This document shows positions 12,879-26,100 of a DNA stretch of 64,000 nucleotides, piece by piece. Under the pieces are notes generated by a model. The model did not search any database and was not told the origin of the DNA. It worked only from the letters and a program-made list of their open reading frames with translations. Origin of the DNA: Raillietiella orientalis (taxonomy: Eukaryota); assembly GCA_036172245.1 (NCBI GenBank), contig JAYWIR010000028.1, positions 1-64,000 of the forward strand, written 5' to 3'. How positions within the stretch are numbered: the stretch's first letter is position 1; every line of letters starts with the position of its first letter. The position numbers and the translations under genes were made by a program.

Positions 12879-13870
12879 TTATTCCTTTCCTATTTATAAA
12901 CTCTACATTGCGTGGTACAAGGCCCCACCACGGCCATGGACACCGGACCTGCCGGGACACCGGGACGCAGCCTGGCGTGGCTCTCCTCGGCAGTGAAAGG
13001 GGATGGGGGAAAAAACAAAAAGAAAAATAAAAAAATAAGGAAAACAAAAAGAAGTTGGAGGGCAGGGAAGGGATCACTGGTCATAGGAGGAGGGCCCATT
13101 TTTCGAATAAAACTCTCTAGGTCCTTTTGCATTTGTCCCAGATGGGGCCATCCTTTAGCTGTCCGCATGAAGCGTTGGGCGAATGGGATGACATCCCTCG
13201 CGTTTGGATCCACTCCTTTGTCGCGGGTATCTCTCCAGGCCACCACGATGCCTCGGATTCAGCAGAGTGCTGCCACGGCTGTAGCTGGCTGAAGGGCGTC
13301 TAGCACGAAGAGGAGCCGAAGAACGTCTCTCGGTACTGCCCGTAGGGAGCCCGAGGGTCGTCCCGAACCGTTCCCAAAGGGGTCGGAGGGCAGCACAATC
13401 CACAAGGTGGGGGAGCGATTCCCGCTCCCCGCACCTGTCACACGCATTATCCACAGCTTCCCTTGTCCAGTGGAAGCGGCGTGCGTTGCAGGGTAGACCC
13501 CAGTGCAACAGAAGCAACGCCGACCCTTGCCACCTAAGGGGCAGGATCCTAGATTCTCTTAACACCGGGGACCACTTCAGCTCATCCCTGGGGATGGCGA
13601 GCAGCTCGCCTCATCTCAACAGTCCTCGCGGCTGGACGCTCGGGGTCGTGGCGTCGGCCTGTTCTCCTGTTGTGCAGCCGCTCATCAACTTCTCCCGTCC
13701 CTCGATGCAGCAGGAGACTTGCCACCTTGGCGTCCGGCTGCTGTGAAGTGCCCTATTCAGGAAGAACAGCGATGTAGCAAGGCAGGTCGTCTCTGCCCAC
13801 GCACTCCTAGCGGGACTCTCTAGGAGTTTCCGTAGCGTGCAGCGGGCGTAGAAGCTGCGTCGGAGACTTC
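12879..13870 (-). mobile_element. Non-LTR fragment R8: ORF2 C-terminus and 3' UTR, broken at AATAA
   Basis: LLLLHWGLPCNARRFHWT, CDRCGERESLPHL; close relative of 23164-23950. Confidence 0.85.
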
Positions 13871-13874
13871 TTAA

Positions 13875-14615
13875 CGAACCAGATATCAACAAGCTAATCG
13901 TTGACTTCCAGTTTGTGGGAAGATCGATGTTATCGCGGAGAGTTACTCGCACGGCCATGCGCCCACTAAATGCGCCTCTTGGGCTTACGCCACATCGCGT
14001 AAATCTCCGCGTATTTGTTCAGTTCTGTGCTGATAAATTCTTCGTCCATCCGCACAGTTGTACCAGTTAGGTGGATCACTACTGAGTGATCCACCGTGTG
14101 CGGTAGGAGATTACGTCCATCGAAAGGCACGGGTGTGCAGAGCAGTTTATGCGTGAGCCCTGCATCTCTGCAGATGAGCTCCGCAAAGTGCCCTCCGCTG
14201 CGCACCGAAAGGCACGTGATCCCCTCATCGGAAATGCCCATCTTTTGAATGGCATTTCCGTATTTGCGAGTTGTGATTGCAGCATACAAGTTGCATACCT
14301 TATAAAGCGAGGGTGGATTGTAGCCCTCCTTGATGTAGGCTAAGAGTTCGGCGGCCACGTCGGGAGACGCCGATGCCGCAACCTTGTTGCAAGCCCACGC
14401 CGGAACGGCAAGGGCCCATTTGGTGATGGGGCATGCAACCACATCCACGGGATGGATAGACGTGGGTCTCACGTCTCCTGTCGCAGGTTTTGCGACGTCT
14501 TCCGGCATTTCTGCCTTCCAACGGCCGCCTTCCAACACACACTAACTACCACTTGGCTTCGCTTCCAGGAGCTCCCCAAAAACGCGTGCGACCACCAGGC
14601 CGCCCTAATGAAGCG
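13875..14615 (-). mobile_element. Non-LTR fragment R9: 5' UTR plus N-terminal ORF1
   Basis: EGYNPPSLYKV, SVRSGGHFAELIC and SVVIHLTG match ORF1 at 27532-28200. Confidence 0.8.
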
Positions 14616-14790
14616 TCCTGCCTTATGAAGGCATTCACACCACATCTCGGCAGCGCAGAGGTCGCCTAGCGGAACGCCAAGGTACTTGAGCGAAGAAGTT
14701 CTAGCGGATATGGGGCCTCCCTTACCACCACAGGGTGATTCAGAGGATGGTCCCCTCGTCCCTCCGCTGCACACTTTACGTAGGGGTTCA
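14616..14790 (-). mobile_element. Stub of element R10 (RT thumb), interrupted by R9
   Basis: SSLKYLGVPLGD; the uninterrupted version is at 56830-58658. Confidence 0.75.
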
Positions 14791-14879
14791 AACGAAAGGC
14801 AGGGTGCGGAAAAGCGGGGACATGCACGTGTTCCATGCCGCAGCCTCTTCCCGCAAGAGTAAATTCCAGCAAAAGAAAA

Positions 14880-16500
14880 TGTTCCCGCTCGATCAAATCA
14901 GACTTTGCTTATGGCAAGAAGATGCAGTGGGAACTTTTTCTTTCACTCGATTGCCGCTTGCCAGATTGTGTCCTTTTCCCAACCAGGATGTAACGTGAGC
15001 AATTGATTCAAACTCTTTCAGGGATGTCCCTCTGGAATTCACGTTCACTAAGTGACTTGCTGTCTCTGTAAGGATGGATTTTTCTTTAATACCAAGAATC
15101 TTCCTCATTGTGCTGATACCTCTATCAGCTTCAGCCGAGTTATCAGCAATACCATTCAAAAGGCTTTTGGCCCTAAGAGATACACCATTGGGAATCCTTT
15201 TGCATGAGATATCTCTGCTACTCTCATCTTTATCAATCTGATCAACTGCTTCAGTCGATGTTCTTCCTCAGTCCACAGTGCTGCGCGAACATCACCCGGC
15301 CAGGTCTCAGCACTTGGCAAACGAGAAGAATCCAAAAGTGCATTGCATTTTCTATTTTCATCCTCGAACGGCGTGAGGACTTTCACAACTTTCAATGAAC
15401 TATCGGAAACTTCGCCTCCCGAAAATGCAGGCGATCTTTTTTCTTGTTTAAACCTTCAATGGAATGTTGTGCCTTTAGGCTTCTACAATCTCGCCTGCTT
15501 CTTCTTCATGATTTCCTCCATCAGATTTTTAATCTTCGATTCCATCTATTGTTCGGCGGATTAATCTGTCAGCTGTAATAACCAAAACATCTTCCTGCAA
15601 CGCAGTGAAATTTTCTCTAGAATGTCACTTGGCAAGACTCAATCTCTTGAAAAGCTCCCGTCTCCGAAATGTGAGATCATTCCCACTTCGGCATTTTGAT
15701 CAAAGTGCACAGAGAAAGCCCCAAATTCTTTCCAAGCTCCTTTTGCGGCCCTTACACCACAGGCTGCCCGATGAGTCGCAAATATTCTTCCGACCATCAG
15801 CACTTCAATTCCGAGTTCCTGGGAAATTAAATCCTCTCCGATTTTCCTTCGACGTGTGATAATAAGCCCTCAATTCACGGAGAAAACATCGCGAGAGGAG
15901 GAACTTCTTTTGCAACTCTTCAGTGCATCTATGGACGATGCAACCGCAAGCGATGAGCTCAAGTCTCCCTGCGTTACCGTTCCAGGCAGAAGAATTGTCC
16001 TAAATCTCATAGGCAACCCTGACCACGACCCGGAAGAGACCGAGCGAGGCCTCTGCCGGAAAGGCTGTTCCAGAAATTGATAGAATGTGCTTGCCAACTG
16101 CAGTGTAGGGAATGGAACGAGAAATTCAGGATGATTGCAGGCGGACAAGCAAACCAACAGCAAAAGCAGCATCCCGGTTCCTACCTCGAGGTCTGCAGAG
16201 TATCCGATTGCAGAATGTGCTTGTTCGTCAAGACTCTTTCTGCATCAGCAGATCTAAGGAATCTCTCATCGAATTTTTCGAAAATTCCTGCGGAATATAG
16301 CAAATATCGAAACGTCGTTCCTCATTTGTGTAAGCCTCACTACTGGACACCGCAAGAAGCATCATCTCGGGAATTTCGACTGCTCATCAGGAACAAGAAA
16401 TATGTTTCTCTTAGCAAACGCAATGGAACATCCCTACGCATCCTCATCCTTTGTTCCCCACATGCGAGGAGCACATTTCCTCACCCATCTTAGGAAAACG
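14880..16500 (-). pseudogene. Decayed hAT-superfamily transposase (KIAA1586/ZNF862-like)
   Basis: Fragments ELGIEVLMVGRIFATHRAACGVRAAKGAWKEFGAFSVHF and SAEADRGISTMRKI...TSLKEFESIAHVTSWL resemble, from recall, the TRW region and the SAxxERGFS dimerization motif. Many stops and frameshifts; no TIRs recognised. Confidence 0.65.
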
Positions 16501-18639
16501 GGTGGCGCCGTGGGCTTCACACCGTTCAACCAAAATGAATTCGCTGTTTCCACAGTAAAGACTTCTATCGGAAAGGTGCAGACGGCGGCTGCAACTTAAA
16601 GGACAGATTCAGTAACACGGAGATGAAAATTGCCTCGTGAAACAGACTGTCTCTTTTGCCCCCAGGAGCATCCGTGTGACGTGACGGGAGCACTGTTCGA
16701 GGTCATAAATGCCTTCGTAACGCGTTACGGAGGTGCATCTTTGCAGCTCCGCTGCAAATAGTTTGCATTTCCCTACCGAAGAATCCTTCGCTGCGCAGTG
16801 CACATTCCCCCTCGTCAACACAAACTTCCAACTTTGCTTCATGAGCCCATGTTTCTCGGGATAATCTTCTGGAATATCAAAGATGTTGCTCTGGCATCGG
16901 GTAAACCGACGCAAATGTCATTCTCCACTCTTCCAGCGAGTGAAATATTCCCTAGAAACACGGAAAGAAGCGATTCCGAATAACGCATACTATGCCTATT
17001 AGCATATTTGTGGCACAACGTCAGAGCACTTGGGATAAGTTTTGAACCAATACCTCGGATTGGATAAAAGTCTAGTTTTGGGGATTCTACGAGTTACTAA
17101 TGGGGATATGCTAATGTCCGTAGAAGAACGCCCTTTGGTATATCCCTACCAGCCATATCCATCCAATCCACTCGATCGAGTGGGGTTATGGTTTACTAAA
17201 AGTCAACAAAATGCTGAGAAGCAGTGGCAGAATCATCAATGTACCTGTGGCAACGATGAAGTGACATCCTGCCTTCTGCTCCGCATGCTGCTTGGGAGTT
17301 TGGACTCAGCATTCAAATTGCGCGTTGCACTGGGACGGTGATCGACATTGCAAGTTGCATTTCGCTCTCCGGAAGCAGATGACTGGTCTTCCGTTTCCAT
17401 GTTTCAGATGGACCCTTAGAGCTTGCATTAGTAAATTTGAAGACACAGAGCCCCTCGAATCTTCACATGAAAGGAAAAGAATAGAGAGGACAAGAAGATG
17501 GAAGATACTTTGCCCTTCATCCGTTTCTCTCGCTCGTTCATCTTCGACGTAATCAATCAACTTTCGAATAGTCAAAGGGTACTGTGGAGTAACCACTGCG
17601 ACCGTCGTTGCTGGCCGCAAATGGGTCAACGGTAGCAGGCCGTCAGCGTGGTTGTTCTGCGATTTTCCTGCTCTGCTTCGACCTCGGCATTCCCTGAGGG
17701 GCAACCCGTGACACACATCCTTCCAAACCTCCCCTGACGATGCTTCCAAACATGAAGGAGACCTTTTTTTCACACTGTAAAGTTGCGCTCTGTGGTGCAG
17801 CACTCCAAACGGACAGATAACAAGACGAATCATAAATGCACGGGTAAAGAAAAGCCGAATGCAATGCGCCGAACGATCAGTTCTGGTGAGAGAAAAGAAG
17901 GCAGATGGACATTGCCTTCGCTCGCCCAAGTCTCATTACTTCCAACGTCTTCTGCTACCGGAGACCTTCCCTCTCAGGCACCGTCAGCCACTGGACAGAG
18001 CGGATTCGCATGAGGTGATGATGAAACGGCGACATTCCTTTCCTGAGAGGTCAACCTGTACCGTTCACCGCCGAGGAGGCGTCTTCACATTGCGTCCTAG
18101 GGCGGATCCCTCCGTTCTCCAAAGCACGCCGGAGCAACATTGGACCAGAAAGGGCGCTCTGGTGACATGCTGATGCATTCGTCCACGTCGACGATGGAAG
18201 AAATGAAACGATAGCATTGTATGTTTGAGGAAGCATTTTAATTCCAAGAGTAAATAAGTACTTTTATTTCTGTTTCGATTCAAAGTGTAAGGATTTAATT
18301 CCTCTCCAACAACGTCAGAGGTCCATTTTTCATCTTTTCAGGAAGCGATGGAACGAGTAGGACAGGCATGGGGCGAAGCGAATCCGTCGCGCTTCGCGTG
18401 GGGCCCGGACATACGCAGGAATTGGGCGGCGTAGAGCCCACACAATATGGCATGGGAACGGTGCACTTGCGCGTAGTGGGCATTGCAGGGAGAAACCAAA
18501 CTTTTATTGCTATTACTTTATTCGAACACCTTTCAGGAATTGCGTGCCGTGTACTGCCAGGATTTTCATCTGCATTTTTGTTGAGACGCTTTCTTTCGAA
18601 GAACACGAAAGATGCCACCGCACTTTCGAAATCGCCTTC

Positions 18640-19500
18640 ATCATGGTATCCCTAGAAACGCGCCATAAAGAGAAACGTAAATAAAAGTGGCAAAATTTTT
18701 GCAGGAGCTGTTAGAAGAGGACCAGTCCGTGTATGCCACCAAAAAAGATTTGAAGCACCATCCAGTCCCTGGATCCCGGAGACCGTGCGAGCATGAGCCC
18801 AGAACAACGAAGCGATCCCGGAGATGCAGCAGCGACAACCGCACTTCTTCTACAGCATCCGATGGCAGCAAGCACTCGTGGTTTGAAAGATGCTTCCCAG
18901 CCACGAGGCTGCCTTTCCGCAGGGAGCACATGGGCAGAATCGAGCTGCACAAATGGGAGGTCAGAAGCGGAATCGCTCTTCGGAAGAAGGAACTAGGTGT
19001 TTGGACCACGAGCCAGTTCACGGACGTTGCGACCCCATGGCCTTTAAAGAAAAAAATATCATTGCGCTAAGGTGAAATGCGGGGAATCCTACAGGAAGTC
19101 CGCGAGAGTTCCCCAGCGCTGAACAACAACCGTTCCTTCCCCCTGAATTAGAACGAGACGGCCATTTTGGCATTACATTAGGGTCTCTCCTGAAACGCCC
19201 GCCTCTACCACGAAACCCTGAGGTCTGTGCACCCCGAATTTTGCTGTTCGGATAAGATGATCCCACATCCCGCACTTGTTTGTAGACCGTGTTGCCCCCC
19301 GGCTTCTGCGGCTGCGTTACTGAAGGGCCATGGGTGCACCAACCGACATCCCAGGGATGTAGAGGACGCCCTGAAGCGGACAGTGATCCTTTCTCTAATA
19401 CTCCCAAGGCTTCGCATATACGCTATTTTCAAATCTTGTTTGCCACTGTTTCCACTGCTGCCGAGGCGGAACTCACCCGTCTGCGCACCCTTTTAGTCTG
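18640..19500 (+). mobile_element. Degenerate non-LTR ORF2 C-terminus (R11); inverted copy at ~50330-51200
   Basis: WEVRSGIALRKKELGVWTTSQFTDVATP matches WEVSCLIRGRRKPLKAWTTRELSDAATP of R4; also LALH*GLS*NARLYH. Confidence 0.7.
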
Positions 19501-20543
19501 CAGGTTCCGAACATTTTCGGCTGTTGGAGGGCCTCTAAGTTTCTGCTGCAATACACCCTACCGGGTGTTGGCCCACGAGCACCTCCTTCAGCCCGTGATC
19601 GCACCCATGATCTTGAATGCAAATAAGTGCGTTGCTGACAGTTGCGCTTTTGGAGAATTTTCGTGCACTCACTGTTTGGTGATTTGTTCAGATGTGCGCA
19701 AAACATAGGAAAACATCCCAAACAGCAGCCACCGCCATGACCTTGAATCGCTTGGGAGAGTTTTCCCGAAAGTCTCTCTCCAATCTCTGAATTCCACGTC
19801 CGAAGTGAAAAATTGCACCAGTATTTAAATAACCACACCCAGTGTTTGCGTTGATGCTGTGCTGTGGCTTCCGCAAGTGACCCTTTGCGCAATCCCTGCG
19901 CTGTTTGCATATCCTTCAGTCTCGGGGCAACGGACGGTGGTCGCAACTTTTTCATCCTTACTTCCTCCATTTTGTATTTTTTCCCTTTGTGTGTTCTTCG
20001 AAACTTGTTCCCAGACCGAAATCACGTGTGCCACGTCGTGCGTCAATGCATGCCTGACAACCAGTCGACGTGGTTTCGCCCCCTGCCTGGTTGTACCTTG
20101 CACTTCTGGCAGGACTGCGTTTCCCCATCCCGCCGTTGGCGCTCGATTCCGTGGATGGCGCATCCCCCACGGCCGTGAATGCCGGTCGAAGCAGCCGAGA
20201 AGCGCCGAATGGCACTACTTCCGGCCCTTGAGTAGAATCTTTCAACCCTTTTTCTTTCGATATTTGCGTGCGTGATGCTTCTGCGAGGACGTTTGGTCCG
20301 CTGGCATTTTCCCGATCACAATTCGGGCGGATGGCACTTCCAACCGTCCGTTGAGCAGAGTTTCTGAATCGACGAATTCATCGCAGATTCCAAGAAACTG
20401 ATGAGAGTTCGCATTTTGAGAATTCCATTTGTTTCATTTGAAAGTCGTTTTTTTTTTTTTTTTCATTTTAAAAATTTCTTAACCTTTCATCCACTTTTCT
20501 TTCTTGTCACGAATTTCCAGGTAGTTCTAATAGAGGGGACAAA

Positions 20544-20730
20544 ATGGCGTACCTCCAGGCAATTTCTCCTCTTCTGATTGTGTTTGTTTCTATCATTTCG
20601 GAATTTTCATGCTATCACAGAGGTAACCGTCGCACTTTCATCGGTGATCCAAAGACAGCTTCGCAGGATGACCGATCTAACGAAATCAGAGAACAAGAAG
20701 CACAGTACAAAAGTGACGGACCATATCCAG
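20544..20730 (+). CDS. Kunitz gene copy 1, first coding exon (signal peptide plus spacer)
   Basis: MAYLQAISPLLIVFVSIISEFSC hydrophobic leader; upstream pyrimidine tract and TTTCCAG acceptor ending at 20520; donor CAG|GTAACT after 187 nt (phase 1). An alternative phase-1 donor follows 20622. Confidence 0.7.
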
Positions 20731-22902
20731 GTAACTGTTAAGCTCCTTTCCTCGTAAAATCTTGCCACGATGAAATAAACGTGCGAATTCGCAACTAATG
20801 TGCCCTGTAAGCGCGACCCTCATAAGGCTGGATGACTTTGACCTCTGCACCTTGATAGTATCTCCTCCCTTCTTTCAACCCTCGGTCAGAATATCTTCCA
20901 TCCACCTAACGTTCGAAAAGAGTTGATGCTGCTGTAGCCATGGAAACAACTGCGAGGAGAGCTGGCAGCGTACTCGGCTCAGAGACATTTGAGCGACCAG
21001 TTTCCCTTCAATTCTTCCTTGTCCTCCGGCAACACGGCCAGGAAGATTTGCGCTGGGAGGCATTACGATGCTGCTTTCACTCCAACGGGATTCCTTCCTG
21101 TCATTTCCACGAGTTCCTGAATGAACACCACAACGGTTCCACTCGCATTCACGTGTTCAGTGTTGGAAAGCGCGATGACCGCAGCATGGAGGCAGTACGA
21201 ACAAACGGCTCCTCCTTCGTTTGGTGTTTCTGAAAGCGGTGCCAGTCTGCTCCTCCCATGTGCGTGTGCTTCTTGTGTGACCGGTTCTCTGCCGCCGTCC
21301 ACGCGTTCCCAGGAGCTCCTTTCCGCAGAAGGGAACGTTCAGTCAAACATCACGGAATGCTGCTGCGAATGTTTTCCTCTTTTGCTCTTGTTGCAAGCGA
21401 GCCCATCAAAAGGCATTCGGACTTGTTTTCATCGAGCGTGCCACGTGGCTCTCGTCCTCGTGCTCAACCACGAAACAGATCAGCAACTATACTTGCACCA
21501 CGCTAGACATCTCAAGGCGTGAATCTCACAGACGGAGATTCGGGAGTGTTGGATTCAATCCAGTCACACACAGAGATGCATTTTTGATGCATCTCCTGTT
21601 TGACCCTTCGACGGCGAGAGCAGGACGCACTCGTGCGGATATGAGCACTCGAGGATCGGGAAATTCACATGAGGTTGTTGTCTTCGGTATCGTTCTCTCC
21701 AGCGGCGAAATTCGCTTTACAAAACGAAATTGAGTGGGCGGAGAAAAGTCCGCGTCCTCTTCGAACCCGGCTCCATCCAGCGTCCGAAGAAATTTCTCTA
21801 CGCAGCATCCAAGCACAGGAAGTGAGGTCAAGGAACCCCCTTGCCTTATCTCGCCGCGCCATCCTTACGGCTGCGCTTTGGTTGACCCGGGGACATCGGA
21901 TGCTCCAAATCCCAATGCAGCCCCATCCCATCGAGTGCACGATCGCAGCGACATGCTCACGGCACCAGCATGCGTGGGCGGCCTGCTGCGCGCCTCGCAC
22001 TCGCCGCCCCTTTCCGGCTGCTGGTTCCTTTCGGGCAAATTCCTGAATCTTCCTGAACTTCGAGAAGGAGACGGTGACGGGTCCCGTGATCCGTTTCCTG
22101 GCCCGTAGGCGATCGCGGGGCTTGCGGAAGGGTCCGGCGAGTTTCGCGTCAAAGTGATGAGCGCTGTGCAACGAAGCCCTTGGCAGGAGCACCGTGCATT
22201 CTCGGCTTGTCGAACGGTGCCCCGGACGGCAGCGAAGTTCTTCGCCGACAGCCACACGCACCATTTGCCCTACCGAAACGGCTACCTGGAGGGGCAACAA
22301 CGGGCACGCGTTTTACCCCCGCCTCTCTATTTTAAGTTCTGACCGAGGTTCGTCCTTTCCCGAGTGCCCGGAGGCCTCGCAAGGGAAAGAGGCACAACCA
22401 TCCCCATAGCAAACTGTGATTCTATGGAGTGAGGAGGTCCAAACCCGAACACCCATCCGGCTCCGAACCAACGCTGCCGATGCGAGTGGCCTCTTCCAAC
22501 GCCCATTTCGATTCTGCGGAGAACCATGATCTGATTTATCGCCCGCTGGAACGGCACTTCCAATGACGAGTCTGCAGCCGCCTTGAGCTCAGACTTATGG
22601 CACTTCGTCCCCCATCCCCGATGCGGATCTCAGCTCGCGTGCGCATCGATCAGCGAAAAATCTCGCTTCCTTCCCAATTTCTTTCGGAAGAGGTCTTCCA
22701 AAAATGCAGGATGGTGGATGCCAGGATTCGAAGGAAACATCAGCATCCAGACCGTCTTTCCAGAGCAGCCTCTAAGGCTAGATGGTCTTGGTGTTCTTTC
22801 TCGCCATCACCACCACTTCCGCAGGGCGTCCTTGAACAAGCGTCGTCTACAACAACGCTGCAGTTCTCCTAATGATCGCGGTCCTCGCTGACCACAGTGC
22901 CC

Positions 22903-22917
22903 GCGTGCCACCTTCGT
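22903..22917 (+). repeat. Target-site duplication, left copy (GCGTGCCACCTTCGT)
   Basis: Identical 15-mer at 28483-28497; single copy at the empty sites ~60276-60290 and ~46909-46923 (reverse). Confidence 0.95.
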
Positions 22918-23163
22918 TGCTCACTGGTTGCGCCGGGGCATTTATTCTTTCGAATAAAATTAGCGTTGGTGGCTGACCTGGTGGTCCAAATACGCACTGG
23001 TACACAAAATTAAGCCTGCCGGTACACCGGTTCGTATTCCGGTACTGTCCACCACGACAGCAGAGGGGCCAAGGGCAAAACAAGAAATTAAAGAAAAAAA
23101 AAGAAATATATAAAATCAAGATCTGGGGGGCACGGGAAGGGATCACAGTCTGATGTGGGGCCG

Positions 23164-26100
23164 TTACATCCTTTGCAGGATGCCGGCAAGCTGTTTTTGG
23201 ATGGTTGAATCCAGATGGGTCCATCCTGTCGCCGCCCGAATAAATTCGGCTGCGCTCTGGACGGCACCCTTATCGAGAGGTCCTCCCGTTGCTTTGCTCC
23301 ATGCAGCGACGATCCCGCGAAAGCAGCACAAAGCTGCTAACGCGGCCGAGGGCCGAAGGGCGTCGCAAACGAAGAGGGATCTGATTGCGTCTCTGGGGTT
23401 GCCACAGGGGTTACCGATTGCCGCGGCAAAACGGTTCCAAAGGGGCCGAAGAGCCACACAATCCAAAAGGAGGTGAGTGAGGGACTCCCGTTCTCCACAC
23501 CTCGCACAATTAGGGCTCACCGCTCCCCAGGTCCAATGGTGTCGGCGGGCGTTGCAGGGGAGTCCCCAATGCAACATCAATAGCGCCGACTCCTGCCATT
23601 TTAAGGGGAGGGTGCAGGTGTTCATCAGCACCGGGCGCCACTTTAATTGTTCCCGCGGAACATTAAGCAGTTCGCCCCAGCGCAAAAGTCCAATAGGGGT
23701 GGTAGTCCGGGCGGCGGTATCGCAGAGAATTCCCGTTTTCCATTCCCCGTTCTTTTTCTCCGTACCGGAGATTTTGATGTAAACATCCCATTTCGCAGCA
23801 GTGTTGCCGTTTGAATGCTCCGCGAGCGGAAACAGCATTGCAGCAAGGGGGATTTTTCTTGCCCACGCTGGTTTTTGGGGGTTCTCCAGGACCTCCCGGA
23901 GCGTTAGGCGGTCATTACGGGCGAAAAATTGTCTCTGCCCTTCTTGGGTGCGTTGCTGTTTGCTTCTTGCCCACGTCTGAATTGTTTCCTGCAGCCATGC
24001 AGGTCCGTTAACGGGGCGACAGCAGAGGCATCCTGCGTTCTTCCTCATCAGGTCAGCCACTCTCCGTAGCTACAACCCGCAGTGACCGACTTGGCGGCGC
24101 CGACGGAGCGCAAGGAAGGATGACAGTCCCACCTTGCCTGTAGCCTGCACGACGAGGAGACGTGCGGGCTCGAACCAACTGCTATTCCAATATTTCGCCA
24201 CTAGGGCGAGTAACCGAAACTGGAGCTAGAGCTCCAGCCGCTCTAGCGTCAGGAGGCCGAGACTGCCGTCCCGACGCAGAGCGCTCAAGTCCTCAAGCCG
24301 GACTCAGGCCCTCCCATTACCCCACATGGCAATCCTTAGGAGGTCCTTCGTCTGCTTTTAAGTTTCTGTGGTGAGGGGACAAACAAAAAGCAGGGAACGG
24401 AGGAGGGGCGCCGCGAATGCGTTCCACACCGCAGCCCGTTACGGCAGTAAAAACCTTCGGCCTTGGAACGGGCCGATCGCCGTCTCTACCTTTTGAAGGC
24501 AGCTGGACCACGCATCCGAAGGGAGATAATCACCCATCGGTACACCGAGGTACTTGAAGTACCGTACCGTGGGGATCCGCAAACAGACCCAGTCCGGCTG
24601 CCCTGCCCACGCCGCACCGATTGGCATGACGGACGACTTCGCCCTGTTCACCTCAAGCCCGGTTCCCCGACGTAGCAGGTCGAAGAACTCCTCGACCGCC
24701 GCAGCCGGGGTGGACATAGGGAGCAGCAGCAGTAGGTCGTCCGCATATGCTGACACCGCGGGCGTACCGGGATAGTCGCGCGGCAGGTGCGCTAGAGTTT
24801 CCCTGTACGCTCTCAGTACCAACTCGAAGTAGGTACTGAAGAGCAAGGGACTCAGGCTGTCTCCCTGTCGTATGCCGCGTCGCATTGGTACGCCGTGCAC
24901 GGTGTGTCCACTGAAAAAGATCTGGATGAGCGCGTCGCGCCAGCAGGATCGCAGGTAGGTCAGCAAAGAGACCGGGAAGCCCAAGCGTTCCAGGAGCTCC
25001 AGGAGGAGCCTCTGGTCGACACAGTCGAATGCTTTATGCAAATCGACTGCGACTGCGAGGGCTCCCTCCCCCCCCTCAACCATCCCGTTTCCTAGCGGCG
25101 GACATTCCGGAAGTCCGGTTGCCCATCCTGACCCTTTCCTGTTGGAGCGCGAAAAAGGTGCAGGCGAGGAACAGGTTAGTATCCATGCTCCGTTCGGGAA
25201 CAGCATATGTCTGCTCCGGGCTAATGAAGCTTTCCGCTGACCGCCCCAGGCGTTCAGCCCACAATTTCGCCAGCAACTTGGGGTCCGCGTTGATCACGGT
25301 AATCGGCCGCCAGTTGCTCATGTTCCGAAGGTCTCCTCCCTTAGGGAGGAGACGCACCTTTGCCGAACGAAACAAGGCGAGGACGTCGCCCGTTTCGCGG
25401 ATCAGCAAGGTGAGTTTCTTCACCAGAGGAATGAGCTCTGCCGCGAAACATTAAAAAAATTCCGCTGGCAGGCCGTCCTCCCCTTGAGCCTTCCGCCTCT
25501 TGAGCTTTCCGATGGCCGAGATGATCTCGCCCATCGTGAAAGGCTCGTCGAGGATCTTTCTATCTTCCTCCCCGATCGCCGGAGCGCCTTCCGGAAGAAG
25601 GAGTCGCGAGACATCCCGTTCCGGTGGAGCGCGCGCGTACAGGGAGGAGTAGAATTTTTTTAATAAGCCTTTTACCTGGGCGGGGGCCGAGTGCTCCGAA
25701 CCCTGGTCGTCCAGTAAGCTGGCCGACCCGGATTGCCACGCCTGCCTCTCGACTTCCGCACGGTATTCGGCTAGCCTGCGTACGTCTGGTGTTCGCGCGT
25801 AACATCGAGATAGTAAATACCATCTCTGGTTACGCACGCTTTCACCAAACCCGGCAGACAGGAGGTTCATAGGGAACTCGTCGCAAAACTCCCGGACCGA
25901 GCGCTTGAAGCGGTCCCAGTCCTGAAGCGTCTGCAAGCTGAAACATCGTATGAATCCGCAGAGATGCTCCGCGGCTTCCGGAAGTTTCAGCCAGTCCCCC
26001 GGTAAGCGCCACGCAGATGACGGCGGACCCCTATCGCGTGGGCGCACCTCGAGTACGATCCGGTCATGGTCCGACAGTTCCGACGGTAACTTGCCGCGCC

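Noticed and set aside
17168..17183. Perfect 16-bp palindrome CCACTCGATCGAGTGG
   Set aside because: Single occurrence with no supporting context; about one such palindrome is expected by chance in 64 kb.
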